Source: Hydrurus foetidus (Eukaryota). From it: a stretch of DNA of 38,681 bases. The translations under genes were made by a program, and so were the position numbers. Shown piece after piece: positions 1 to 15,000 of this stretch (positions are counted from its first letter, which is position 1; every line of letters starts with the position of its first letter). The DNA is taken from the NCBI GenBank assembly GCA_900617105.1, contig UYFQ01000315.1, positions 124,001 through 162,681 of the forward strand, in the 5' to 3' direction. The notes under the pieces were generated by a model, which had not been told where the DNA came from, searched no databases, and saw only the letters and a list, made by a program, of their open reading frames with translations.

Positions 1-1
1 G

Positions 2-3000
2 GTCGAAGTCGAGTTGATAGCAGACATCGAGGCAGACATCGAGACTGGAGTCGAGGCTCACATCGAAGCAGAGGCGGAGGTCGAGGTCGAGTTGATAGCA
101 GACATCGAGGCAGACATCGAGACTGGAGTCGAGGCTCACATCGAAGCAGAGGCAGAGGTCGAGGTCGATGCAGAGGTCGAGGTCGATGCAGAGGTCGAGA
201 TCGAGTTGATAGCAGACATCGAGGCAGACATCGAGACTGGAGTCGAGGCTCACATCGAAGCAGAGGTCGAAGTACAGGTCGAAGTCGAGTTGATAGCAGA
301 CATCGAGGCAGACATCGAGACTGGAGTCGAGGCTCACATCGAAGCAGAGGCGGAGGTCGAGGTCGAGTTGATAGCAGACATCGAGGCAGACATCGAGACT
401 GGAGTCGAGGCTCACATCGAAGCAGAGGTCGAAGTACAGGTCGAGGTCGAGTTGATAGCAGACATCGAGGCAGACATCGAGACTGGAGTCGAGGCTCACA
501 TCGAAGCAGAGGCGGAGGTCGAGGTCGAGTTGATAGCAGACATCGAGGCAGACATCGAGACTGGAGTCGAGGCTCACATCGAAGCAGATGTAGAAGCAGA
601 GGTCGATGCAGACGTCGAGGTCGAGGTCGATGCAGAGGTCGAGATCGAGTTGATAGCAGACATCGAGGCAGACATCGAGACTGGAGTCGAGGCTCACATC
701 GAAGCAGAGGTCGAGGTCGAAGTAGAGGTCGAAGTCGAGTTGATAGCAGACATCGAGGCAGACATCGAGACTGGAGTCGAGGCTCACATCGAAGCAGAGG
801 CGGAGGTCGAGGTCGAGTTGATAGCAGACATCGAGGCAGACATCGAGACTGGAGTCGAGGCTCACATCGAAGCAGATGTCGAAGCAGAGGTCGAGGTCGA
901 TGCAGAGGTCGAGGTCGAGGTCGATGCAGAGGTCGAGTTCGAGTTGATAGCAGACATCGAGGCAGACATCGAGACTGGAGTCGAGGCTCACATCGAAGCA
1001 GAGGTCGAGGTCGATGCAGAGGTCGAGTTGATAGCAGACATCGAGGCAGACATCGAGACTGGAGTCGAGGCTCACATCGAAGCAGAGGTAGAAGCAGAGG
1101 TCGAGGTCGATGCAGAGGTCGAGGTCGAGGTCGATGCAGAGGTCGAGTTCGAGTTGATAGCAGACATCGAGGCAGACATCGAGACTGGAGTCGAGGCTCA
1201 CATCGAAGCAGAGGTCGAGGTCGATGCAGAGGTCGAGTTGATAGCAGACATCGAGGCAGACATCGAGACTGGAGTCGAGGCTCACATCGAAGCAGATGTA
1301 GAAGCAGAGGTCGATGCAGAGGTCGAGGTCGATGCAGAGGTCGAGATCGAGTTGATAGCAGACATCGAGGCAGACATCGAGACTGGAGTCGAGGCTCACA
1401 TCGAAGCAGAGGTCAAAGTACAGGTCGAAGTCGAGTTGATAGCAGACATCGAGGCAGACATCGAGACTGGAGTCGAGGCTCACATCGAAGCAGAGGTCGA
1501 GGTCGATGCAGAGGTCGAGGTTGACATCGAAGCAGAGGTCGAGGTCGATGCAGAGGTCGAGGTCGAGTTGATAGCAGACATCGAGGCAGACATCGAGACT
1601 GGAGTCGAGGCTCACATCGAAGCAGAGGTCGAAGTACAGGTCGAAGTCGAGTTGATAGCAGACATCGAGGCAGACATCGAGACTGGAGTCGAGGCTCACA
1701 TCGAAGCAGAGGTCAAAGTACAGGTCGAGGTCGAGTTGATAGCAGACATCGAGGCAGACATCGAGACTGGAGTCGAGGCTCACATCGAAGCAGAGGTCGA
1801 AGTACAGGTCGAAGTCGAGTTGATAGCAGACATCGAGGCAGACATCGAGACTGGAGTCGAGGCTCACATCGAAGCAGAGGTCGAGGTCGAGTTGATAGCA
1901 GACATCGAGGCAGACATCGAGACTGGAGTCGAGGCTCACATCGAAGCAGAGGTCGAGGTCGATGCAGACGTCGAGGTTGACATCGAAGCAGAGGTCGAGG
2001 TCGATGCAGAGGTCGAGTTGATAGCAGACATCGAGGAACACATCGAGACTGGAGTCGAGGCTCACATCGAAGCAGAGGTCGAAGTACAGGTCGAAGTCGA
2101 GTTGATAGCAGACATCGAGGCAGACATCGAGACTGGAGTCGAGGCTCACATCGAAGCAGAGGTCGAAGTACAGGTCGAGGTCGAGTTGGTAGCAGACATC
2201 GAGGCAGACATCGAGACTGGAGTCGAGGCTCACATCGAAGCAGAGGTCGAAGTACAGGTCGAAGTCGATTTGATAGCAGACATCGAGGCAGACATCGAGA
2301 CTGGAGTCGAGGCTCACATCGAAGCAGAGGTCGAGGTCGAGTTGATAGCAGACATCGAGGCAGACATCGAGACTGGAGTCGAGGCTCACATCGAAGCAGA
2401 TGTAGAAGCAGAGGTCGATGCAGAGGTCGAGGTCGAGGTCGATGCAGAGGTCGAGATCGAGTTGATAGCAGACATCGAGGCAGACATCGAGACTGGAGTC
2501 GAGGCTCACATCGAAGCAGAGGTCGAGGTCGAGGTCGAAGTCGAGTTGATAGCAGACATCGAGGCAGACATCGAGACTGGAGTCGAGGCTCACATCGAAG
2601 CAGAGGTCGAGGTCGATGCAGACGTCGAGGTCGATGCAGAGGTCGAGGTCGATGCAGAGGTCGAGATCGAGTTGATAGCAGACATCGAGGCAGACATCGA
2701 GACTGGAGTCGAGGCTCACATCGAAGCAGAGGTCGAAGTACAGGTCGAAGTCGAGTTGATAGCAGACATCGAGGCAGACATCGAGACTGGAGTCGAGGCT
2801 CACATCGAAGCAGAGGTCGGAGGTCGAGGTCGAGATCGAGTTGATAGCAGACATCGAGGCAGACATCGAGACTGGAGTCGAGGCTCACATCGAAGCAGAG
2901 GTCAAAGTACAGGTCGAAGTCGAGTTGATAGCAGACATCGAGGCAGACATCGAGACTGGAGTCGAGGCTCACATCGAAGCAGAGGTCGAGGTCGAGTTGA

Positions 3001-6000
3001 TAGCAGACATCGAGGCAGACATCGAGACTGGAGTCGAGGCTCACATCGAAGCAGATGTCGAGGTCGATGCAGAGGTCGAGGTCGAGGTCGATGCAGAGGT
3101 CGAGTCGAGTTGATAGCAGACATCGAGGCAGACATCGAGACTGGAGTCGAGGCTCACATCGAAAAAGAGGTCGAGGTCGAAGTACAGGTCGAAGTCGAGT
3201 TGATAGCAGACATCGAGGCACACATCGAGACTGGAGTCGAGGCTCACATCGAAGCAGAGGCGGAGGTCGAGGTCGAGTTGGTAGCAGACATCGAGGCAGA
3301 CATCGAGACTGGAGTCGAGGCTCACATCGAAGCAGATGTAGAAGCAGAGGTCGAGGTCGATGCAGAGGTCGAGGTCGAGGTCGATGCAGAGGTCGAGTTC
3401 GAGTTGATAGCAGACATCGAGGCAGACATCGAGACTGGAGTCGAGGCTCACATCGAAGCAGAGGTCGAGGTCGATGAAAAGGTCGAGTTGATAGAAGACA
3501 TCGAGGCAGACATCGAGACTGGAGTCGAGGCTCACATCGAAGCAGATGTAGAAGCAGAGGTCGATGCAGACGTCGAGGCTGACATCGAAGCAGAGGTCGA
3601 GGTCGATGCAGAGGTCGAGTTGATAGCAGACATCGAGGCAGACATCGAGACTGGAGTCGAGGCTCACATCGAAGCAGAGGTCGAAGTACAGGTCGAAGTC
3701 GAGTTGATAGCAGACATCGAGGCAGACATCGAGACTGGAGTCGAGGCTCACATCGAAGCAGAGGCGAGGTCGAGAGGTCGAGGTCGAGTTGATAGCAGAC
3801 ATCGAGGCAGACATCGAGACTGGAGTCGAGGCTCACATCGAAGCAGAGGTCGAGGTCGACAGGTCGAAGTCGAGTTGATAGCAGACATCGAGGCAGACAT
3901 CGAGACTGGAGTCGAGGCTCACATCGAAGCAGAGGTCGGAGGTCGAGGTCGAGTTGATAGCAGACATCGAGGCAGACATCGAGACTGGAGTCGAGGCTCA
4001 CATCGAAGCAGAGGTCGAGGTCGAGGTCGATGCAGAGGTCGAGATCGAGTTGATAGCAGACATCGAGGCAGACATCGAGACTGGAGTCGAGGCTCACATC
4101 GAAGCAGAGGTCGAGGTCGATGAAAAGGTCGAGTTGATAGCAGACATCGAGGCAGACATCGAGACTGGAGTCGAGGCTCACATCGAAGCAGATGTAGAAG
4201 CAGAGGTCGATGCAGACGTCGAGGCTGACATCGAAGCAGAGGTCGAGGTCGATGCAGAGGTCGAGTTGATAGCAGACATCGAGGCAGACATCGAGACTGG
4301 AGTCGAGGCTCACATCGAAGCAGAGGTCGAAGTACAGGTCGAAGTCGAGTTGATAGCAGACATCGAGGCAGACATCGAGACTGGAGTCGAGGCTCACATC
4401 GAAGCAGAGGCGGAGGTCGAGGTCGAGTTGATAGCAGACATCGAGGCAGACATCGAGACTGGAGTCGAGGCTCACATCGAAGCAGAGGTCGAGGTCGAGG
4501 TCGGTCGAGGTCGAGTTGATAGCAGACATCGAGGCAGACATCGAGACTGGAGTCGAGGCTCACATCGAAGCAGAGGCGGAGGTCGAGGTCGAGTTGATAG
4601 CAGACATCGAGGCAGACATCGAGACTGGAGTCGAGGCTCACATCGAAGCAGAGGTCGAGGTCGAGGTCGAAGTCGAGTTGATAGCAGACATCGAGGCAGA
4701 CATCGAGACTGGAGTCGAGGCTCACATCGAAGCAGAGGTCGAGGTCGATGCAGACGTCGAGGTCGATGCAGAGGTCGAGGTCGATGCAGAGGTCGAGATC
4801 GAGTTGATAGCAGACATCGAGGCAGACATCGAGACTGGAGTCGAGGCTCACATCGAAGCAGAGGTCGAGGTCGATGCAGAGGTCGAGGTCGAGTTGATAG
4901 CAGACATCGAGGCAGACATCGAGACTGGAGTCGAGGCTCACATCGAAGCAGAGGCGGAGGTCGAGGTCGAGTTGATAGCAGACATCGAGGCAGACATCGA
5001 GACTGGAGTCGAGGCTCACATCGAAGCAGAGGTCGAAGTACAGGTCGAAGTCGAGTTGATAGCAGACATCGAGGCAGACATCGAGACTGGAGTCGAGGCT
5101 CACATCGAAGCAGAGGTCGAGGTCGAGTCGAGTTGATAGCAGACATCGAGGCAGACATCGAGACTGGAGTCGAGGCTCACATCGAAGCAGATGTAGAAGC
5201 AGAGGTCGATGCAGAGGTCGAGGTCGAGGTCGATGCAGAGGTCGAGATCGAGTTGATAGCAGACATCGAGGCAGACATCGAGACTGGAGTCGAGGCTCAC
5301 ATCGAAGCAGAGGTCGAGGTCGAAGTAGAGGTCGAAGTCGAGTTGATAGCAGACATCGAGGCAGACATCGAGACTGGAGTCGAGGCTCACATCGAAGCAG
5401 AGGTCGAGGTCGAGTTGATAGCAGACATCGAGGCAGACATCGAGACTGGAGTCGAGGCTCACATCGAAGCAGATGTAGAAGCAGAGGTCGATGCAGAGGT
5501 CGAGGTCGAGGTCGATGCAGAGGTCGAGATCGAGTTGATAGCAGACATCGAGGCAGACATCGAGACTGGAGTCGAGGCTCACATCGAAGCAGAGGTCGAG
5601 GTCGAGGTCGAAGTCGAGTTGATAGCAGACATCGAGGCAGACATCGAGACTGGAGTCGAGGCTCACATCGAAGCAGAGGTCGAGGTCGATGCAGACGTCG
5701 AGGTCGATGCAGAGGTCGAGGTCGATGCAGAGGTCGAGATCGAGTTGATAGCAGACATCGAGGCAGACATCGAGACTGGAGTCGAGGCTCACATCGAAGC
5801 AGAGGTCGAAGTACAGGTCGAAGTCGAGTTGATAGCAGACATCGAGGCAGACATCGAGACTGGAGTCGAGGCTCACATCGAAGCAGAGGCGGAGGTCGAG
5901 GTCGAGTTGATAGCAGACATCGAGGCAGACATCGAGACTGGAGTCGAGGCTCACATCGAAGCAGAGGTCGAAGTACAGGTCGAAGTCGAGTTGATAGCAG

Positions 6001-9000
6001 ACATCGAGGCAGACATCGAGACTGGAGTCGAGGCTCACATCGAAGCAGAGGTCGAGGTCGAGTTGATAGCAGACATCGAGGCAGACATCGAGACTGGAGT
6101 CGAGGCTCACATCGAAGCAGATGTAGAAGCAGAGGTCGATGCAGAGGTCGAGGTCGAGGTCGATGCAGAGGTCGAGATCGAGTTGATAGCAGACATCGAG
6201 GCAGACATCGAGACTGGAGTCGAGGCTCACATCGAAAAAGAGGTCGAGGTCGAAGTACAGGTCGAAGTCGAGTTGATAGCAGACATCGAGGCACACATCG
6301 AGACTGGAGTCGAGGCTCACATCGAAGCAGAGGCGGAGGTCGAGGTCGAGTTGGTAGCAGACATCGAGGCAGACATCGAGACTGGAGTCGAGGCTCACAT
6401 CGAAGCAGATGTAGAAGCAGAGGTCGAGGTCGATGCAGAGGTCGAGGTCGAGGTCGATGCAGAGGTCGAGTTCGAGTTGATAGCAGACATCGAGGCAGAC
6501 ATCGAGACTGGAGTCGAGGCTCACATCGAAGCAGAGGTCGAGGTCGATGCAGAGGTCGAGGTCGAGTTGATAGCAGACATCGAGGCAGACATCGAGACTG
6601 GAGTCGAGGCTCACATCGAAGCAGATGTAGAAGCAGAGGTCGATGCAGACGTCGAGGCTGACATCGAAGCAGAGGTCGAGGTCGATGCAGAGGTCGAGTT
6701 GATAGCAGACATCGAGGCAGACATCGAGACTGGAGTCGAGGCTCACATCGAAGCAGAGGTCGAGGTACAGGTCGAAGTCGAGTTGATAGCAGACATCGAG
6801 GCAGACATCGAGACTGGAGTCGAGGCTCACATCGAAGCAGAGGTCGGAGGTCGAGGTCGAGTTGATAGCAGACATCGAGGCAGACATCGAGACTGGAGTC
6901 GAGGCTCACATCGAAGCGAAGCAGAGGTCGAGGTCGAGGTCGAAGTCGAGTTGATAGCAGACATCGAGGCAGACATCGAGACTGGAGTCGAGGCTCACAT
7001 CGAAGCAGAGGTCGGAGGTCGAGGTCGAGTTGATAGCAGACATCGAGGCAGACATCGAGACTGGAGTCGAGGCTCACATCGAAGCAGAGGTCGAGGTCGA
7101 GGTCGAGGTCGAGTTGATAGCAGACATCGAGGCAGACATCGAGACTGGAGTCGAGGCTCACATCGAAGCAGAGGTCGAGGTCGATGCAGACGTCGAGGTC
7201 GATGCAGAGGTCGAGGTCGATGCAGAGGTCGAGATCGAGTTGATAGCAGACATCGAGGCAGACATCGAGACTGGAGTCGAGGCTCACATCGAAGCAGAGG
7301 TCGAGGTCGAGGCAGAGGTCGAGGTCGAGTTGATAGCAGACATCGAGGCAGACATCGAGACTGGAGTCGAGGCTCACATCGAAGCAGAGGTGGAGGTCGA
7401 GGTCGAGTTGATAGCAGACATCGAGGCAGACATCGAGACTGGAGTCGAGGCTCACATCGAAGCAGAGGTCGAAGTACAGGTCGAAGTCGAGTTGATCGAG
7501 CAGACATCGAGGCAGACATCGAGACGAGCAGAGGTCGAGGTCGAGCAGAGGTCGAGGTCGAGCAGAGGTCGAGGTCGAGTTGATAGCAGACATCGAGGCA
7601 GACATCGAGACTGGAGTCGAGGCTCACATCGAAGCAGATGTAGAAGCAGAGGTCGATGCAGAGGTCGAGGTCGAGGTCGATGCAGAGGTCGAGATCGAGT
7701 TGATAGCAGACATCGAGGCAGACATCGAGACTGGAGTCGAGGCTCACATCGAAGCAGAGGTCGAGGTCGAGGTCGAGGTCGAAGTCGAGTTGATAGCAGA
7801 CATCGAGGCAGACATCGAGACTGGAGTCGAGGCTCACATCGAAGCAGAGGCGGAGGTCGAGGTCGAGTTGATAGCAGACATCGAGGCAGACATCGAGACT
7901 GGAGTCGAGGCTCACATCGAAGCAGATGTAGAAGCAGAGGTCGAGGTCGATGCAGACGTCGACGTCGAGGTCGATGCAGAGGTCGAGTTCGAGTTGATAG
8001 CAGACATCGAGGCAGACATCGAGACTGGAGTCGAGGCTCACATCGAAGCAGAGGTCGAGGTCGATGAAAAGGTCGAGTTGATAGCAGACATCGAGGCAGA
8101 CATCGAGACTGGAGTCGAGGCTCACATCGAAGCAGATGTAGAAGCAGAGGTCGATGCAGACGTCGACGTCGAGGTCGATGCAGAGGTCGAGATCGAGTTG
8201 ATAGCAGACATCGAGGCAGACATCGAGACTGGAGTCGAGGCTCACATCGAAGCAGAGGTCAAAGTACAGGTCGAGGTCGAAATCGAGTTGATAGCAGACA
8301 TCGAGGCAGACATCGAGACTGGAGTCGAGGCTCACATCGAAGCAGATGTAGAAGCAGAGGTCGATGCAGACGTCGAGGTCGATGCAGAGGTCGAGGTCGA
8401 TGCAGAGGTCGAATTGATTGCAGACATCAAGGCAGACATCGAGACTGGAGTCGAGGCTCACATCGAAGCAGAGGTCGAAGTACAGGTCGAAGTCGAGTTG
8501 ATAGCAGACATCGAGGCAGACATCGAGACTGGAGTCGAGGCTCACATCGAAGCGGAGGTCGAGGTCGAGTTGGTAGCAGACATCGAGGCAGACATCGAGA
8601 CTGGAGTCGAGGCTCACATCGAAGCAGAGGTCGATGCACAGGTCGAAGTCGAGTTGATAGCAGACATCGAGGCAGACATCGAGACTGGAGTCGAGGCTCA
8701 CATCGAAGCAGAGGCGGAGGTCGAGATCGAGTTGATAGCAGACATCGAGGCAGACATCGAGACTGGAGTCGAGGCTCACATCGAAGCAGATGTAGAAGCA
8801 GACGTCGAGGTCGATGCAGAGGTCGAGGTCGATGCAGAGGTCGAGTTGATAGCAGACATCGAGGCAGACATCGAGACTGGAGTCGAGGCTCACATCGAAG
8901 CAGAGGCGGAGGTCGAGGTCGAGTTGATAGCAGACATCGAGGCAGACATCGAGACTGGAGTCGAGGCTCACATCGAAGCAGATGTAGAAGCAGAGGTCGA

Positions 9001-12000
9001 TGCAGAGGTCGAGGTCGATGCAGAGGTCGAGATCGAGTTGATAGCAGACATCGAGGCAGACATCGAGACTGGAGTCGAGGCTCACATCGAAGCAGAGGTC
9101 AAAGTACAGGTCGAGGTCGAGTTGATAGCAGACATCGAGGCAGACATCGAGACTGGAGTCGAGGCTCACATCGAAGCAGAGGTCGAGGTCGATGCAGAGG
9201 TCGAGGTCGATGCAGAGGTCGAGTTGATAGCAGACATCGAGGCAGACATCGAGACTGGAGTCGAGGCTCACATCGAAGCAGAGGTCGAAGTACAGGTCGA
9301 AGTCGAGTTGATAGCAGACATCGAGGCAGACATCGAGACTGGAGTCGAGGCTCACATCGAAGCAGAGGTCGGAGGTCGAGGTCGAGTTGAGTTGATAGCA
9401 GACATCGAGGCAGACATCGAGACTGGAGTCGAGGCTCACATCGAAGCAGAGGTCGAAGTACAGGTCGAAGTCGAGTTGATAGCAGACATCGAGGCAGACA
9501 TCGAGACTGGAGTCGAGGCTCACATCGAAGCAGAGGCGGAGGTCGAGGTCGAGTTGATAGCAGACATCGAGGCAGACATCGAGACTGGAGTCGAGGCTCA
9601 CATCGAAGCAGAGGTCGAAGTACAGGTCGAAGTCGAGTTGATAGCAGACATCGAGGCAGACATCGAGACTGGAGTCGAGGCTCACATCGAAGCAGAGGTA
9701 GAAGCAGAGGTCGATGCAGACGTCGAGGTCGAGGTCGATGCAGAGGTCGAGATCGAGTTGATAGCAGACATCGAGGCAGACATCGAGACTGGAGTCGAGG
9801 CTCACATCGAAGCAGAGGTCGAAGTACAGGTCGATGTCGAGTTGATAGCAGACATCGAGGCAGACATCGAGACTGGAGTCGAGGCTCACATCGAAGCAGA
9901 GGTCGAAGTCGATGCAGAGGTCGAGGTCGATGCAGAGGTCGAGGTCGATGCAGAGGTCGAGATCGAGTTGATAGCAGACATCGAGGCAGACATCGAGACT
10001 GGAGTCGAGGCTCACATCGAAGCAGAGGTCGAAGTACAGGTCGAAGTCGAGTTGATAGCAGACATCGAGGCAGACATCGAGACTGGAGTCGAGGCTCACA
10101 TCGAAGCAGAGGTCGGAGGTCGAGGTCGAGTTGATAGCAGACATCGAGGCAGACATCGAGACTGGAGTCGAGGCTCACATCGAAGCAGATGTCGAAGCAG
10201 AGGTCGATCGCAGAGGTCGAGGTCGAGGAGGTCGAGGTCGATGCAGAGGTCGAGATCGAGTTGATAGCAGACATCGAGGCAGACATCGAGACTGGAGTCG
10301 AGGCTCACATCGAAGCAGAGGTCGAGGTCGATGCGAGGTCGAGTTGATAGCAGACATCGAGGCAGACATCGAGACTGGAGTCGAGGCTCACATCGAAGCA
10401 GATGTAGAAGCAGAGGTCGATGCAGAGGTCGAGGTCGATGCAGAGGTCGAGATCGAGTTGATAGCAGACATCGAGGCAGACATCGAGACTGGAGTCGAGG
10501 CTCACATCGAAGCAGAGGTCGAAGTACAGGTCGATGTCGAGTTGATAGCAGACATCGAGGCAGACATCGAGACTGGAGTCGAGGCTCACATCGAAGCAGA
10601 GGCGGAGGTCGAGGTCGAGTTGATAGCAGACATCGAGGCAGACATCGAGACTGGAGTCGAGGCTCACATCGAAGCAGAGGTCAAAGTACAGGTCGATGTC
10701 GAGTTGATAGCAGACATCGAGGCAGACATCGAGACTGGAGTCGAGGCTCACATCGAAGCAGAGGTCGAGGTCGATGCAGAGGTCGAGTTGATAGCAGACA
10801 TCGAGGCAGACATCGAGACTGGAGTCGAGGCTCACATCGAAGCAGATGTAGAAGCAGAGGTCGATGCAGACGTCGAGGTCGATGCAGAGGTCGAGATCGA
10901 GTTGATAGCAGACATCGAGGCAGACATCGAGACTGGAGTCGAGGCTCACATCGAAGCAGAGGTCGAAGTACAGGTCGATGTCGAGTTGATAGCAGACATC
11001 GAGGCAGACATCGAGACTGGAGTCGAGGCTCACATCGAAGCAGAGGTCGAAGTACAGGTCGAGGTCGAGTTGATAGCAGACATCGAGGCAGACATCGAGA
11101 CTGGAGTCGAGGCTCACATCGAAGCAGAGGTCAAAGTACAGGTCGATGTCGAGTTGATAGCAGACATCGAGGCAGACATCGAGACTGGAGTCGAGGCTCA
11201 CATCGAAGCAGAGGTCGAAGTACAGGTCGATGTCGAGTTGATAGCAGACATCGAGGCAGACATCGAGACTGGAGTCGAGGCTCACATCGAAGCAGAGGTC
11301 GAAGTCGATGCAGACGTCGAGGTCGATACAGAGGTCGAGGTCGATGCAGAGGTCGAGTTGATAGCAGACATCGAGGCAGACATCGAGACTGGAGTCGAGG
11401 CTCACATCGAAGCAGAGGTCGAAGTACAGGTCGAAGTCGAGTTGATAGCAGACATCGAGGCAGACATCGAGACTGGAGTCGAGGCTCACATCGAAGCAGA
11501 GGTCGAGGTCGAGGTCGAGGTCGAGTTGATAGCAGACATCGAGGCAGACATCGAGACTGGAGTCGAGGCTCACATCGAAGCAGAGGTCGAGGTCGATGAA
11601 AAGGTCGAGTTGATAGCAGACATCGAGGCAGACATCGAGACTGGAGTCGAGGCTCACATCGAAGCAGAGGTCGAAGCAGAGGTCGAGGTCGATGCAGAGG
11701 TCGAGGTCGATGCAGAGGTCGAGATCGAGTTGATAGCAGACATCGAGGCAGACATCGAGACTGGAGTCGAGGCTCACATCGAAGCAGAGGTCGAAGTACA
11801 GGTCGATGTCGAGTTGATAGCAGACATCGAGGCAGACATCGAGACTGGAGTCGAGGCTCACATCGAAGCAGAGGTCGAAGTCGATGCAGACGTCGAGGTC
11901 GATACAGAGGTCGAGGTCGATGCAGAGGTCGAGTTGATAGCAGACATCGAGGCAGACATCGAGACTGGAGTCGAGGCTCACATCGAAGCAGAGGTCGAAG

Positions 12001-15000
12001 TACAGGTCGAAGTCGAGTTGATAGCAGACATCGAGGCAGACATCGAGACTGGAGTCGAGGCTCACATCGAAGCAGAGGCGGAGGTCGAGGTCGAGTTGAT
12101 AGCAGACATCGAGGCAGACATCGAGACTGGAGTCGAGGCTCACATCGAAGCAGATGTAGAAGCAGAGGTCGATGCAGACGTCAAGGTCGAGGTCGATGCA
12201 GAGGTCGAGATCGAGTTGATAGCAGACATCGAGACTGGAGTCGAGGCTCACGTCGAAGCAGAGGTCGAGGTCGATGAAAAGGTCGAGTTGATAGCAGACA
12301 TCGAGGCAGACATCGAGACTGGAGTCGAGGCTCACATCGAAGCAGAGGTCAAAGTACAGGTCGATGTCGAGTTGATAGCAGACATCGAGGCAGACATCGA
12401 GACTGGAGTCGAGGCTCACATCGAAGCAGAGGTCGAGGTCGATGCAGACCTCGAGGTCGATGCAGAGGTCGAGGTCGATGCAGAGGTCGAGTTGATAGCA
12501 GACATCGAGGCAGACATCGAGACTGGAGTCGAGGCTCACATCGAAGCAGAGGTCGAAGTCGAGGTCGAGGTCGAGTTGATAGCAGACATCGACATCAGGC
12601 ATCGAGACTGGAGTCGAGGCTCACATCGAAGCAGAGGCGGAGGTCGAGGTCGAGTTGATAGCAGACATCGAGGCAGACATCGAGACTGGAGTCGAGGCTC
12701 ACATCGAAGCAGATGTAGAAGCAGAGGTCGATGCAGACGTCGAGGTCGAGGTCGATGCAGAGGTCGAGATCGAGTTGATAGCAGACATCGAGGCAGACAT
12801 CGAGACTGGAGTCGAGGCTCACATCGAAGCAGAGGTCGAAGTACAGGTCGATGTCGAGTTGATAGCAGACATCGAGGCAGACATCGAGACTGGAGTCGAG
12901 GCTCACATCGAAGCAGAGGTCGAAGTCGATGCAGACGTCGAGGTCGATACAGAGGTCGAGGTCGATGCAGAGGTCGAGTTGATAGCAGACATCGAGGCAG
13001 ACATCGAGACTGGAGTCGAGGCTCACATCGAAGCAGAGGTCGAGGTCGAGGTCGAGGTCGAAGAGGTCGAGTCGAGTTGATAGCAGACATCGAGGCAGAC
13101 ATCGAGACTGGAGTCGAGGCTCACATCGAAGCAGAGGTCGGAGGTCGAGGTCGAGTTGATAGCAGACATCGAGGCAGACATCGAGACTGGAGTCGAGGCT
13201 CACATCGAAGCAGAGGTCGAAGCAGAGGTCGAGGCAGAGGTCGAGGTCGAGGTCGATGCAGAGGTCAGAGGTCGAGTTGATAGCAGACATCGAGGCAGAC
13301 ATCGAGACTGGAGTCGAGGCTCACATCGAAGCAGAGGTCGAGGTCGATGCAGAGGTCGAGGTCGATGCAGAGGTCGAGCAGACAGACATCGAGGCAGACA
13401 TCGAGACTGGAGTCGAGGCTCACATCGAAGCAGATGTAGAAGCAGAGGTCGATGCAGAGGTCGAGGTCGATGCAGAGGTCGAGATCGAGTTGATAGCAGA
13501 CATCGAGGCAGACATCGAGACTGGAGTCGAGGCTCACATCGAAGCAGAGGTCGAAGTACAGGTCGAGGTCGAGTTGATAGCAGACATCGAGGCAGACATC
13601 GAGACTGGAGTCGAGGCTCACATCGAAGCAGAGGTCGAGGTCGATGCAGAGGTCGAGGCAGATCGAGAGGTCGAGGTCGATCGCAGAGGTCGAGTTGATA
13701 GCAGACATCGAGGCAGACATCGAGACTGGAGTCGAGGCTCACATCGAAGCAGAGGTCGAAGTACAGGTCGAAGTCGAGTTGATAGCAGACATCGAGGCAG
13801 ACATCGAGACTGGAGTCGAGGCTCACATCGAAGCAGAGGCGGAGGTCGAGGTCGAGTTGATAGCAGACATCGAGGCAGACATCGAGACTGGAGTCGAGGC
13901 TCACATCGAAGCAGAGGTAGAAGCAGAGGTCGAGGTCGAAGAGGTCGAGGTCGATGCAGAGGTCGAGGTCGATGCAGAGAGATCGAGTCGAAGCAGACAT
14001 CGAGACTGGAGTCGAGGCTCACATCGAAGCAGAGGTCGAGGTCGATGCAGAGGTCGAGTTGATAGCAGACATCGAGGCAGACATCGAGACTGGAGTCGAG
14101 GCTCACATCGAAGCAGAGGTCGAAGTACAGGTCGATGTCGAGTTGATAGCAGACATCGAGGCAGACATCGAGACTGGAGTCGAGGCTCACATCGAAGCAG
14201 AGGTCGAAGTCGATGCAGACGTCGAGGTCGATACAGAGGTCGAGGTCGATGCAGAGGTCGAGTTGATAGCAGACATCGAGGCAGACATCGAGACTGGAGT
14301 CGAGGCTCACATCGAAGCAGAGGTCGAAGTACAGGTCGAAGTCGAGTTGATAGCAGACATCGAGGCAGACATCGAGACTGGAGTCGAGGCTCACATCGAA
14401 GCAGAGGTCGAGGTCGAGGTCGAGTTGATAGCAGACATCGAGGCAGACATCGAGACTGGAGTCGAGGCTCACATCGAAGCAGATGTAGAAGCAGAGGTCG
14501 ATGCAGAGGTCGAGGTCGAGGTCAGAGGTCGAGATCGAGTTGATAGCAGACATCGAGGCAGACATCGAGACTGGAGTCGAGGCTCACATCGAAGCAGAGG
14601 TCGAAGTACAGGTCGATGTCGAGTTGATAGCAGACATCGAGGCAGACATCGAGACTGGAGTCGAGGCTCACATCGAAGCAGAGGTCGAGGTCGATGCAGA
14701 GGTCGAGGTCGATGCAGAGGTCGAGGTCGATGCAGAGGTCGAGTTGATAGCAGACATCGAGGCAGACATCGAGACTGGAGTCGAGGCTCACATCGAAGCA
14801 GAGGTCGAGGTCGAGGTCGAGGTCGAGGTCGAAGTCGAGTTGATAGCAGACATCGAGGCAGACATCGAGACTGGAGTCGAGGCTCACATCGAAGCAGAGG
14901 TCGAAGGGTCGAGGTCGAGTTGATAGCAGACATCGAGGCAGACATCGAGACTGGAGTCGAGGCTCACATCGAAGCAGAGGTCGAAGCAGAGGTCGATGCA